Assembly (NCBI GenBank): GCA_002633005.1
Contig: NMRA01000006.1
Span: 2,069,818 to 2,133,817, forward strand
Direction: 5' to 3'
DNA: 64,000 nucleotides
Origin: Phoronis australis
Taxonomy: Eukaryota > Animalia > Phoronida
Positions within the stretch are counted from its first letter, which is position 1; every line of letters starts with the position of its first letter. The notes under the pieces are model-generated. The model was not told the DNA's origin. It saw only the letters and a program-made list of their open reading frames with translations, and ran no database searches. The position numbers and the translations under genes were made by a program. Of the stretch, positions 22,911 to 36,743 are shown piece after piece.

Positions 22911-24484
22911 ATGCCAATGGCATTCATTGAGCTGTTTGAGATAGTCAGACTTTTTTCTGACGAGCTGGTTCAAAAAGGTGAAAACTTGGTGACGTCTGGT
23001 CACATTTTGTCTGTGACTCCAGAGACACAGCTACCAGCATCGAGTTCTGCAGTATTCAAGCTTCGATGAAGGACAAGTCATACAAAGTCAAGGTAAACTA
23101 TGTTCGCATGATATAAAACTAATATTATGTTACTATATTCAAGTTAGCCTGATTCTGTAAAATTAACCTCTTACGTGCTCCATGCGGCACAAAATCAACG
23201 CACTAGTTACGTTGCATTAGGCCCAGCTAAATGTACGATAGTTGACCTACTTTCTCTCGGCTCGTGGAGGCGAGTCGGGGGACAAATGTTTTAATGGAAC
23301 TCTACCGGTATCGATTTTGTGTTTTTAACCATTGCCTATCACTTTTAGGTGACACTGAAGGATGATCGAAGTATTGACATGACTGTTTGCACGTGCCCCA
23401 CAGGAAAGTTCAAGTGCCATCACATAGCTGCCCTACTCATATGGAGCCTGCCGTCCCTTCAAGCATGACTGTAAAGACATTTGACGACATTCTTGAACAG
23501 GCTCTTCGTCTTGAAGTGGAAATTCGACCAACTTACGTTATTGAGGTCATAGAAGCAATAACAGCATTTTTAAGTTTTGTAATTGTCCAGAGGGACGTTC
23601 TCAGTGAAAACAAAAATGAAATGACAATTTTTTTAAGGCGTTATATTTATATGTACTGTTTAAAGTCCAGTTCATGTAAAGGGGTGGTTGCTAAGCTAAA
23701 AGCAATACCAAGTAGGCGTTTAAAAGGGATTTTGTTTAAGTTTGGGGTGGTGTTTAGAATGTGGACACTTTCCAGAACATACGTGGTAATTATTTGCACT
23801 GTGTCCTTTACCACTTCATATTTTGTTTCAGAACATGATAAAGTATGTCGAAGAAGTAACCAGGGGGCAACGAAACAATGTAAAGTGGTCAACATATAGA
23901 AAAGGAAGGTTGGCAGCTAGTAACTTCGGCAGAACAATCATTCAGTTGAAAAGAAACTCGTTCCCTCCAAGTTTCTACAAACAGCTATTGGGGGAATACC
24001 ACTTGGAGGGAGCTAAGTCAGTGATGTATGGGGTTGTGCATGACGGTGATGCTGTTGCTATGTTTGAAAAGTTTACTGGTCTGAAAACTGACCCCTGCGG
24101 CCTCTTCCTACATAAAAGTGGGACCATTGGAGCAACCCGGACAGACTGGTTGGTGAGGCCGGCTTACTGGAAATCAAGTGTTTATACTCGCTATCAACAT
24201 CGAAGTCGGCCACACCAATCCAGGATGCCATAGGACGACCTATCATGGCACTTGTTAAAATGCCTGATGGAAGTGTTGAAATAAATAAGGACCACGCCCA
24301 CTGGCACCAAGTGCAAGGCCACATGCACCTCACCGATAGGATGGCTGGGCACCTCGTTTATTGGACGGAAAAAGAATGGAAGTTTGTAACTGTGCAAGGA
24401 TGCGAGGAGTGGGGAAAGTACAATTTGCCGAGACTCCTCAACATCTTCAAGGATTATTTATGGGAAAAGTTGCTAACCAAGTGA
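22911..24484 (+). pseudogene. Spliced SWIM-finger + YqaJ/lambda-exonuclease-like gene, frameshifted (transposon accessory gene)
   Basis: Exon 22911-23092 (KGENLV.SGH; IQASMKDKSYKV|gt), exon from 23349 (CTCPTGKFKCHHIAALL), exon from 23832 (TRGQRNNVKW..RKGRLAASNFG; YG..H; GAT-/DRLV..LLEIKC; HWHQVQG); frameshifts near 23040 and 24138. Confidence 0.8.
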
Positions 24485-25116
24485 TATACTGTTCATTAGA
24501 ATCAAACACTTTCCATTTTAGAAAGGGAATTTCTACTCATTCTCTTTGTATGCCTGAAAGTTATAGATTTTTTCTTTTTCGCTTAAAACTCGACATTTTC
24601 CATTGCATTTCAGAACTCTGTTGTATCATGTGCAGAAATTTCTGGAAATTTAGGTGCAGAAAAAAATCAGCAACTTTTCAGGCACAAAAAGGAATGAGTG
24701 GAAATTCCCTTTTCAAAATGGAAAGTGTTAATAGTAAATGTTTGTAATATATATCGTCAAATGATTTTGTCCTTGGTTTCGTTATCCTGGTCACAGCAAA
24801 AAAACCTATTTTTGCATAAAAAATGTTAGCAGATATCTCAAGAATTATGCTGTTGACTTTCTGTATATCATGTACCAAGGTGTGGTCTGTATGTGGGACA
24901 CCAGTGGCCGGCTGCATGAAATAATCCCAAATAGGGACTCAACTAAGTTTCCATAAATGTTTTTCGTATTTGTTTCATTCTTTAAGCACAGGTGTATTTT
25001 TTCTAAAAGATCCCTACTTATTGTCAATAATATTGAGAAGTCAATCAAGAGTTCAATCGCTTTGTATCAAAGCAAAAAATTGACTTAGTAATGATACTCA
25101 AACAGCATAGATAATG

Positions 25117-25543
25117 ACATTTCACATAAATTTGTCAGTTCTACTGACTTTTTGTGTGGGCATGCCACAATATGGATCCTTGACCAGGCCTGCCTTCATA
25201 AGATTATGACTCGATATAAATCTTACAATAGTTCATCTCGTTTAATTTAATCTGACAAGAGTTGAAACCGTGGATCAAGTTGGTGACAAATCATAATTTG
25301 GCACTGCACAGAAAATTCTGAATCACCCCCTGAATTTACTGTATCTGGTGAAAGCCAGTATCTAAATTTTGTTCCAAATTTAGCACAGTTTGGATATTTT
25401 AAGGGTCCTATTTAACCTGAAAGTCCACCTGATAAATCCTTTATATTGAATGAACTGTAACTATATATGTCACTTGTAGTAAATTAATTTCATAATTTCT
25501 AATTTATTGTTTCTTCAACATTGCTGATTAACATTTTTACATT
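25117..25543 (+). repeat. Dispersed repeat, copy of ~8960-9385
   Basis: High visual identity to 8960-9385. Confidence 0.9.
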
Positions 25544-28500
25544 TAGTTTGAAGCATTTTTAGTACTCTAAGAAAATATGAAAAAGGAAGATGGAATCACA
25601 TGAAACGCTTCGCTAATGTGCTTTTACGCATTGTTCTGTAAAGCGCTATTAAGAATAGTATGAAGTGATTGAATAAGACGGAAAATATTTGTGTATAACC
25701 GTCTGATGATTTTTTCTTTATTTATAGGAGTGTATGCCAAGGCCAAAGGACAGGTGGCAAGACTGTCGGGTATCCTTCAGGCAGCCAAGAATGCAGTCTT
25801 GCTTCTAAGAGACATGGGAAAGACAGCGAGAGACATGCAGCCGTGCGAACACTGGACACGGACACCCTGGCCTCTCTGGCGGAAGAAATCGGAAGGAGGG
25901 ATGTCCCAGAAGTTATATCTGAAGCATCAGCGCAACATGCCATCCCGCTACATCAGACATTTACTGCTCACAAGCGGTACTTGTCTGGAATAGAATCCAC
26001 TAACGACCACCAAACTGACATGGCGTGTGTGCACGCACACCATCATTCAGCGTGACACAGATTTTGCGGAAGAAAAAAGGGCCTTAAGTCTTCAACCTAC
26101 AAGGATGAGTTGTTAGTAAAGTTTGACCTTCACTATCAGAATGCCCCCAATAATTTAGAAAACCAGAAAAACACTTTTCACCATGTTACTTTACCCAAAG
26201 TTATTATTATTTTTTGCATGAAAACAGCTGCTCATTAAGATAATTTCATGGTACAATGATATTTCTCGTTTCAGTGTATCTGGTGAATGTTGTCACATTA
26301 CCGCAGACATAAAGAGCGATTAGTTACTCAAGGGCCACAAAGATGCAACAACAATGGAATAAGCCCAGAGGTTCTAAAATCTTTGATGAACCAGTTGCAG
26401 TTATGATTGCAAAGCCAGCAGGGAGTGTTCAGAAGTGCAAACCAATATGTGAAGTTTTTGATAACAGGTAAGTTCTTCTAAGTTCAGCTATAGCTAAGAG
26501 TTAACTGTGATGGAGCTTCATAATGATCTTGCTGGAAGTACAATGCTAACTTGATTGCGACTTTATTCAGAAGTGACTTGTTGAACTGTTATAAACAGAA
26601 ACAATGTTTTAAAACACTGAATTCATCCTAAACATAATGACTTATCATGGTCATGGCCCCACAATGAGTTTAATTAGAAATTTTAGAAAAATGCAGTGAA
26701 AAAATTTCCTATTTTAGTTTGAACACCCCTCATTTTTGTGCTCCACGTATTGATTTCAAAATGAGGTTGATATGAGTGGTGATTTAGTTAGAAATAACTA
26801 TTAAGTAATTTTGACTTATATTATGAACATATGGAAAGAAGTATAATTGCATAAAACATAGTTTAGTATTCTTTACAAAATGTAATTTAGAGCATTGTGT
26901 GGCTTATTAAATTTGTGAAAATTAGGTTCTTTGTTTTAACTAAAGCCTGTTGTTGCAAATGAGCAACATGACGTAAATTAGGGTCTACAGATCTGTCACC
27001 ATTTTTGTTTACTAGTTTCAACGGGTCATTCAGGTTCTGTCCCAGATCGAAGCCCTTTGCGGAAACTTTGACCCCGTAAGGTCACACTGGAGGTAGTTGC
27101 ACCCAATGATCTTTTGATTAGCCCAAACGAAACTTCTAAACACGAAACAGCATCAAATCTCACGAGGTTCCTGTGCACGTGCATCAAAAAGTTACAAATG
27201 GGATCCAGCAGAGGTCCACCCTATTTGCTATTTTAGGGTGGGGGGGGGCGGCATTGATATCCAAGAGGAATTTAATGAGGAAAAATGGGTAAAACGGTTC
27301 CTTTCACACAAGGATTACCAATCAAAAACTAAAAATGCGCTGTGGGAACCTTTTCACAGTGGTAGAAATTGTAAATAAATTTGAATTTTCTATTTGAATA
27401 AATCAAATAGAAGACTCGATTACTTATGTAATTATTGCGAAAAAATAAACACTCCACACACCTCCAGTTAATTCACAAATCATACATCTTGTGAAAAGAT
27501 CATAAAAGGAATCCCATACCTCATCGGCTGTTTCCATCACGTACAAGCTACAGCTTCAATAACTTGTCTCTAATCCGACAATATCTCTTTCAGCCATCGA
27601 GTATAATCTTTTTCACCATGCCCGATTCTTTATAGCAGCAACGCAGCAAATTAACAGAATTTGGTACAACGCACTTCATGAGCAGAATTCTCAAAAGTCA
27701 ATGCCTAAGACTTTGACACGGGTCACCAGTTGCATCGTCTACTATCTTGTGTCAGCCACTCCTTTCCACCCCTTGATTATAATCCATGTACGCGAATCAC
27801 CTCGCTAAGGTGCAAGCTGGCACTCAAAACATCTCCATTCCAAACGTCACGTCTGCTTTTTAGCAACTTCCTCAGTAGTCCCTTAACCAGTCAACATCAA
27901 CAGAAAAGTGTTCAGTTAGTAACTAGCAAGACCAAGCCAGAAAGCTTGGCTACAAATTTTATTGAAATAGAAGGCGTACAGAACTTTATTCGCATGTTTA
28001 GTGATGATGCGTTTAACACTAATAATGACGAGAGTTAGACCCACGAACAGAAACAGAAATCCAGTGACATCACTGTTATTCTGATTCATGAAACCACAGA
28101 GGCAAGGCTATTTAGCAATTGAAATGTTAACGAAGTTATGCGTTTGGATCAATTAGTGTGCTCCGACATCATTTGCATCCATTGTATGCTCCGGGAAAGT
28201 TCAGAAGAATTAGGATTCACAAGGTCCATGGTGAGGTAATAATTTTCAAAGTACTTAGTAATTTACTGGGCCACATAAACCTGACCTAATTATCATTGTT
28301 TTTCATTTTGGCATTTTAATTTTATTTGGCTGGGTTAAAATGTCAAAATGACGTCACACTAAACAAGCGAATTAGAAGTGTTCTGCGTGTAAATGCAAAG
28401 TCTTTACCCACTACTCATCACTTTCACATATCTGACTAATCACTTTCTGAGCCAGCCATTTTACAAGTGAGATTATAAACTAGCTTGCAAAACCTTGACG

Positions 28501-29899
28501 ACAGCTAGCATAACACTAATGTGATCTAGCGAGTTCTCGGAAGATGGTAACCCAACTGAACACACTCCAAACATTCTAGGAAGTGTCCTCATCATGGGTC
28601 AACTCACAGCCTAATCAGCATGGTACAGTGTCACTCTGGGGTCAAACCCAATGTTGCTACAGGTTGTTACACCACACACATTTTCGTGCTTATCACAACT
28701 CGGAGACTTCAAGTTCATTCTGCAAAAATTCACGAGCCGAACCAAGTTGTGTTTTACATCACAATTTGTAGAGTACATCAGACTTGTGTATCACCACCTG
28801 AAACAACAATATCATTGTTAAACATCGCTGTTGATTTTAACTATTAGAAAATTTTCAGGCGTTTCAGTAACACCAAATAAACGCCTGTGCATTTATTCAG
28901 AAAAGGAGGGCCTGTAAACGGAAAGTTATAGTTTTGGTTACCCAAATGCCAGCAAAAGACGCGATGTGTACTTTTGTAAGTGAAACAGCCCTTATGGGTT
29001 TGCCAACACTTTGTTTGATAAATACTACACAAAACTGAATTTGTGACTATTAAAAAAGTTGACGTTGAGTGGACTTTTACATGGAATTTTTCCAAATAAA
29101 CGCCCCACTATCTGGACATCTGACACCAGAAGTTGTAACACCGAATAAACATCCATGGGCGTTTCATCAGGGGGGGGCTTATCTACGAAAAATCCTGTTA
29201 AAAGAGTGGAGGTGCCCTGATGCCTTCTGCGGTACAACAGGCATGCTTAGGCCGGGCCCACTACACTAATATAATTGCGAATCTGTTGTCTATGATATAT
29301 GCCGGTAGTTGCAATTAATGGGTAAAACCAATTGGCATTACAGGAAGATGTGATATCAACGAAAATGAAAATACGGCACCACATTTTTGAATCACCTGAA
29401 GAAGGTGACAGTCGAAAACATGGTCCTGTGTTTCCTACAACCTAATTCAAGCAACCACAAAAAAAAACAGCCAGTACACATTTTAAACATACCTACAAAA
29501 AACTTTTTACAATGGATCAGAAGGGAAGACCAGTTTGCGTGAATTAGTTTTACAGCACTGTTTTTTCTAGGGTTTAGTACACGCAGGCTTCAGGAACACT
29601 GATAAAATTGACTCATCCTTTCAAAAGACTGGCCTTTGAAATGTTTTCTTAATTCCAAAATGTGCACTCAAACTAGACAGCAGATACATAGTTGCTAAAT
29701 AAAGAACTATGATAATAAACCTGTAGCCTTTCCATCATTTCTAATTGGCAGTCCTTCAGTAACCGAGCTCACTTGTGCAAAAGTACCGGCACAGGATGGC
29801 TATGCCCAGACAAGTTGAGACATTCTCATATAAATCTTAGAAACAAATAGAAACCAAAAAAGATATCATCTTAAAACAGAAAAATTCCAAGCCCTGTAA

Positions 29900-32077
29900 A
29901 CAAACGGAGTGTCATTAATTACCTCAGTAGCGACATTCAGAGCAATCCCTTGCCACGTACAGCGGTATCCAGCCATCTTATGTAATATATAATGGAGAGG
30001 TGTGAACACATGATCAACATTTAGAGCAAATTAATATCCATGGGGAGAAGTGAACTTGTAAGGTGACATAAATGAAACATTACTGGCCCCTCTAAGATGT
30101 TACAATACATGTAATTATTTGATCACAGAAACCTTAAGTTTTAGAACAAAACAACAGAGCGTGTTCAGTTTTTCTAGTCTTGTTACTTGCCGGTAAAACC
30201 TGAAGTAATTGTGTGCTGTAAAATGTGGGACGATTACATTGTAATCTTTAATTTGTTCAAACAAATTAGGGGCACCTGATTTATCTTATTTATCATTTCA
30301 CACATGCAGGTAAGTCGCACTACATTGTTTCTACAGTCTACGCAGTTTTATCGATTCTCGAATCAAAAGAAGACAATCTTTAACTGGACATTGTTTAGGG
30401 ACATTAAACTGTGAAAAATGTCAACAAAATTTGTTCCTCAACATTTAAAGTGATAAGAGTCGTAAATTTTGGTCACTTAAACGAAAAGTCAAATCCAACC
30501 TAACTTTCAATCTCAGCTTGAACAGATTTTGGTCTTAACTTGGTGTTAAGAAATTACATGAAACAGGAGTAAGGCATTTTGGTCTTAAGTTAGCCCGATT
30601 TCAGTCTAAGTTAAGACAAAAACTTTCATGAAGTGTACCCCAGGTCACGTGCAGCTGAGGTCACGTGCGGCTGAGGTCACGTGCAGCTGAGGTCACGTGC
30701 AGCACAGGTCATGTACAGGCGAGGTCACGTGCAGCTAAGGTCGCGTACAACTGAGGTCACGTGCAGCTGAGGTCAAATGTTGTTTTCAAAATACAACTAG
30801 CAAACGTGTCAACATTTGTTTGAAACTGACATCTTAATCACCACATGAGCTAGTCCAACCAAACAATCTGTGAGTCATCAATTACCTCATCAGCGACATT
30901 CACAGTAGCCTTGTTGGTTAATACCAACTCCACTCTCGGTGTATGACCACTAAGTGCTGCACAGTGCAGCGGTGTCTGACCCTCCTGTGTAATCTATAAT
31001 GGAGATGTGTCAATGTACAATCAACATGTAGAGCATGCAGGGGGAAGCGAACTTGAAAAGCGACATAAATAAAACATTACTGACCCCTCTAAGACGCTAC
31101 GATACTTTTAACGATTTCATCACGGAAACGTTAAGTTTTAGAATAAAATAACAGAGCATGTTCAGTGTTTTCAGTCTCGTTACTTGCAGATAACACTCCA
31201 AGTAATTGTGCCCTATAAAGTGATGGACAATCACATTGTAATGTTTAATTTGTTAAAACAAATTAGGGGCACCTTAATTATCTGATATATCATTTCAAAC
31301 ATGCAAGTAAGTCATTTTTTTCGATTCTCTAATCAAAAGAAGATTATCTTCAACGTGACATTGTTTAGGGACGTTAAAGAGCGAAAAACGTCGACAAAAT
31401 TTACTCAACATTTACAGAGATAATAGTCGTAAATTTTGGTCATTTAGACAAAAAGTCCAATCTAACTTTCGGACATAGCTTTAACTAACAGATTTTGGTC
31501 TTAACTTTGGTCTTAAGAAATTACATGAAACAGGGCTAAAGGCATTTTGGTCTTATGTTAGCCTGATTTCAGTCAAAGTTAAGACATGATGTTGTTTTCA
31601 AAATTCAGTTTGCAAACAAGTTGACATTTGTCTGAATCTGAATGTCTTAATCACCATTGTGTAAACAACTAGTTCAATCAAACAACCGTTGCGTAATTAA
31701 TTACCCTATCAACAATATTCACAGATGCCTTGTTTTCAAAATTGAACTTGCAAACAAGTCGACATTTGTCAGAAACTGAACGTCTTAATCACCATTGTGT
31801 AAACAACTAGTTCAACCAAACAACCTGTGCGTGATTAATTTCTTTATTAACAATACTCACAGATGCCTTGTTGTCCAACAGTATCTCCACTATCTGTGTA
31901 TGACCCTCCCATGCTGCCTCGTGCAGCGATGTCTCGCCCACCTATGTAATAAATAATGGAGATGTGAGAACAGACGGTCAAAGTTTAGAGCAAATTAACA
32001 CCCACGAGGGTGAGTGAACTTGTTAGTGACATAAATGAAACATTACTGGACACTCTAAGGTGCTACAATACTTGTAA
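29900..32077 (+). repeat. Diverged ~1-kb tandem duplication (two full and one partial copy)
   Basis: attacctca..agcgacattca, taatggaga, gacataaat.aaacattact, aaattaggggcacct, aatcaaaagaaga shared at ~29.9, 30.9 and 31.7-32.0 kb. Confidence 0.85.
30642..30775. repeat. 16-bp minisatellite (AGGTCACGTGCAGCTG) x8
   Basis: Eight consecutive units plus a final AGGTCA. Confidence 0.95.
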
Positions 32078-33326
32078 CAAGAGCAACGCTGAGCATTGAA
32101 ATGCGCCCACGAATGCAACGCAACTGGTGTGCTTTAACGGTCATTTATTTGTATCATAAAAATGGCCACTAGATGGAGCAAAAACGTCCAATCTATTTGA
32201 AAACCGGAAAATGTCATTGCTTTTTTAATAGAAAACTATTCACTAAATTCCATAAAAATCTGTCAAGGAACTTTAGAGAAACAAAGGAAACGAATAAAAT
32301 GAAATTGCCACTAGGGGGCACAGCATTCGTTGGATCCACCTGAAAGTCGTTGTTGTCTGATGTTAGCTTCATTCAAATACACTTACTAAATTTAATAAAG
32401 ATTCTGTGGTGACTTTAGAGATACAGCTATGGGCGCAAAACAAAACAAAACAAAACTACCACTAAGAGACGCCACAGTAGTCAAAGTCGTCATCGTCAAC
32501 AGTCCTCTTAACACTGAGAACATATACGCCAATTTTCAAAACCATCCTTAGAATGATTTGGTTGGTGGCGCAAAAAACCTTGATTCCATCTGAAAACAGG
32601 AGGATAGCATCATCTCACCAATAGATGCCTATGTTGAAAATTGTATGAAAACCTGTTGAAGATCTTTGAAGATACAGAGGCAAACGTAAAAACTGAAATT
32701 GTCACTAGAGGGCACACAGATATCCGCTTGAAAGTCATCGCCGTCCGTTGTCAATATCATATAAATAAACTTGATAAATTTAGTAAAGATCCTGCAAACG
32801 GTTTAGGAGATACAGCCATCGGCGCAAAACAAAAAAACAAAACCACCACAAGGAGGCGCCACAGTAGTCAAAGTGGTTGGAAAATAATCATCAGCCGTCC
32901 TCTTCATGGTAAGAACATACATTCTAATTTTCGCAATCATCCTTAGCGTGGTTTGGTTGATAGAGGAGTGGACGTCAAAAAACGGACTCGAAAACAGTAC
33001 AAATGGCCAATAGGTGGCGCAAACTACATCGAATCCAGGGGAGGATAGTGTCATCTCCCTAATAGGTGCCTATATACCAAATTTTATGAAAACACGTAGA
33101 GGGCCTTCGAAGATAGAGGTAAACGTAAAAAAACTAAAATTGCCACTAGGGGGCACACCGGTAGTCGGATCCGTCCGAAAGTTCACTCATGTCGTCCCAT
33201 CCATTAAAGCTACACGTCCTAAATTTCATGAACATACGTCAATCGGTTTTGGAGATAGAGCAGCGGATGCCGGATTGACGGAGATGACGGCATAGTGCGT
33301 CCACATATAAATATGTGAGCGCATAA
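32076..33326 (-). mobile_element. Helentron-associated non-autonomous element (HINE/DINE-1-like)
   Basis: On - strand: 5' TTATGCGCTCAC subTIR inside a hairpin, internal degenerate repeats, 3' GTGGGCGCAT subTIR followed by stem-loop CAATGC-TCA-GCGTTG and CTCTTGTT; interrupts the third copy of the 1-kb repeat at an AA/TT site. Confidence 0.7.
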
Positions 33327-35122
33327 TGATTTCAACACTTAAGTGCTAGATTTCATTTTAGTAAGAACACATGATGTTGTAGATGTCAACTGCCAGAAAT
33401 TGGTGAGAGTCTCCATCACATCACAGTGACCCCTCCGTATTGTGTTGATATACCGTTTTCCGGGCTTCCTGTTTGATAAAAAGTTGCAATGTTGAATGGA
33501 TGATTACCATTCAGAATAAAAAAGTCTCAATGTTACGGCGCCAAACAATATTGGTGACACAACTCAAACCTCACTGTTTCTTAAGATGCATGTATCGGGT
33601 ACTGTTTGAAATATACATGACAAAATCACAAGAAATAATACAGACAACATATGAAGTAAAACTTCGAATAGCCTACAGCTTTTGTAAAAACCAACAACAT
33701 AGTTTTCATTCTAAAATCATCTCAAGTACTTTCTATTACCCAGTCTTGCACTTTCAAATCTCCAACACCCTCCAACAGAACACTTCCCACCAATATACTG
33801 TCGTACTCTGCTGCCATGTCTTGTCCTGCAGAAACAATGAACAAGTGTTATAGAAAGCTTCACAATTGCTAACTTCACCCAAGTTCACCCCATCTCTTGA
33901 AGCCTAGAAATGATTAATTTTCAAGGCCAATTCTCTGTACAATTACTGCACTTGTACTCAAGTCACAATAAAAACCATGCCTTTTCAGTAAAATTTAGCA
34001 AACTAAGGAAGTACATCAAATGCAAAATTTTGTTTGATATAAATGATCAAAGTGAAATCTCAAAAACACTGAGTTTTCTAAATTATCTCTTCGTTTTCAT
34101 TTTATACATCTTGATTTTTATCATGAAAACCATACAAGTCCAACTTCTGATGGGCCCTTATTAAAACACTTTAAAAACTATTCCTAACAGACGTGGAGAA
34201 CAATGTATAAAACAGTTTAATATGCGTCCGATAAGCCATTCCTGAGATATGATGTTCCAAAATCGGCCAAAACGGGACATTTTCCTGCGACCCTACATAA
34301 CCTTAAAAGGACAAAACAGCTTTAAATTTGAGGGTTTCATGGTTAAAATGAGACACCGCCAGGCATCCTGTTCTTTTTAGAATGTGCATGGACTGCATTG
34401 GGCAGGCAGCTATTATATAACCATGTTTAATTCAAAAGACAGCTTTTTTGCCCTTGCAAGGTTTTGGTAGATATACTGCCAAAATCTTGACAGCACAACA
34501 TCTGTGCCATTTGGTGACGTAACATGTATACGAAACTACGATTAGATTAGCCAATTCCCCAAAATTTACTATTTTATATTTCAATATAGTAAACAGACTT
34601 GTAAAACTGGAAGGGTGAAGATGACTGGAGAAATAACTAAGCAAAACATCGCACCAATGTAAATAGAGATTCATGTGAATAGACAAACCGGTAACAGATT
34701 TCAGAAATGATGTTGCAGATATCTTATTATGCACTACACTTATACATGATTATGGAGCTTGTACATTTTTTGGCCTTTTTCCTGAATAAAACTAATTAAA
34801 ACCAATTTCCAGCTAAATTACAACTTTCTGCTTGCAAGCAGTAAATGTTTGACAAAAGCTACGACTGAGCAAAAAGCAGGTCAAGGGAACTACTAGAAAA
34901 GTTTCACTCAGAGCAGACTCAAAAATATTTAGCAAATGTCATAGTATAGTCTTCACAATGCCTAGCCAACTCAGCAGAGGCACCATTGAGTGCCATCTAA
35001 TGTATTAGACAAGTTCAGTCGTCACCACTAGAAGTGGTTAGCCAGTGAACACTAAAGGGACCTTGTAGAGAAAACAGGCACGAGTTCCTTGTTTTACGGC
35101 GAGAAAATCTAGACATAATCAC

Positions 35123-36743
35123 TAGGCAACACGTAGTCCCTCGGTTAGCCGGTAAGGGGCTACAATACTTCCCATCACTTTCTGTATGCATTTCGTTCCG
35201 TGTATTTTAAATGGGCGGTAGGCCAAATGTGGCCACCGATTTTGAGTTTTCACCTCGTCAAAAATACATTCCACACTTAAAACTATCACTTAAAAAAGCT
35301 CTTACATTCTTCATTGGTCCTTTCTACTTCTATTCTTAGTTGTGAGAATTAAGGTGCCTTGGCGAAGAATTCCAACTCCACTTTTTTGGTTACCGTTTTT
35401 CACCACGTGCACAATAACCACAAAGTATGTCAACTGAGTCACATGAGTTAAACAAAGGCTACCACGCGACTGAGCAAAGTGCGTGACACTTTCAAAATAG
35501 CATGAGAAGGTATCAGGTGAAATTTGTAAGATTTGTGTCCCTTGGACTTTTTATTTATCAACATGCGTGATTTCACGTAACTTCCTCAAAATGGCACCCG
35601 GTAAGAGAAAGTTGAGCAAAACGCATCAGATTTTCATCGATTTGTTCAAATTATCTTGACTGAATCGTCTCCAGACTTATGGTATGAGTTGTTTATAACT
35701 CTATGTGCATATATGCATGTTTCATCTGATTTTATTTCTGTATTTTGAAATTCGTAACTTTTTGAGGGGATGTATAGTCCGGTTACCTATTTTCGTCAGG
35801 CTCCAAAGTTCGTCCGCCATCTTGTTTCGCGTGCAGCGCAACCACGCGGGACTTAGCGTTCCAATTTGGAGTGCTCGTCTGCACGTTAGGTACTAACTTA
35901 TCGGAAGAGACACGTATCAAAGTAATGAGACAAAAATCGGTGAGTTTACCGATTGTTTTTTAAAACCACTTAAAAATCAGTAGATTTTACTAATACACTT
36001 TTTTGTGCGTTTTCAGAAGATGTTTTCGAATTTAAATTTTCTTCCGACGGGACACAAAACATGATCCAGGGTTTGTTTATGCAATGTATCTGTTTGTCCC
36101 AGGCACTAGTAGGATCTAGAAGGCCAAAGGAAAAATCCGCAGACAAATGCGATACGCTGGGTTCTTAACATTTTTGCCTCACGTTCACCATTAAACTGCA
36201 TTGAAATGTTGTCCAATTGGCTTTTATTGGAAACCACAGTGCAGAGCTCAACATCAAAGCTTCAAATCGAGTTTATGTCAATAAAAACAGGCTGTTGCAA
36301 TTTTCATTACTTCGTTGGCCTTTTTCTGCATGTTTCTCAGTTTTTACAAAAGGGGGCAGCATATGACGAACTTAGGTGTCACAATAAAATGGCTGCCGAA
36401 GGCAGTGCACATTTGAAATAACTCGGCACAAATTAAAGAAAACTTCCGAATCGATGAATGCGGTATATCTGTGAGAGTTAAATCGAATCGGATCCTATTC
36501 AGATCATAACTTTGAAGTGGAATAATTCGGTGAGTACAACAGCAAGTCGGTTTTATGCTTAGGCGGACGAACATTGGGTTCCCCAGTATACTATCGTCCC
36601 TATATGCCTGCGGCGATGTAATTCAATTACATTGTAATTGCCTACATTATCACATGCTCTCATTGAAAATATATATATTCACAACTTTAGGTCACCAGTG
36701 TTTTTGAGTTAGGCATGGATGCTGAGGGGCTACGTGTTGCTTA
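35123..36743. mobile_element. Non-autonomous TIR element enclosing the 810-bp repeat
   Basis: TAGGCAACACGTAGTCCCTC at ~35123 and inverted GAGGGGCTACGTGTTGCTTA at ~36724-36743; same end motif also at ~36905 and ~61432-61453. Confidence 0.55.
35777..36586 (+). mobile_element. ~810-bp non-autonomous element, copy 1
   Basis: Near-identical to 59861-60665; both flanked by TATA on each side; weak terminal inverted similarity; no coding capacity. Confidence 0.85.

Noticed and set aside
36206-36421. 71-aa ORF conserved at 60290-60505
   Set aside because: Conservation just reflects the recent duplication of the non-coding element
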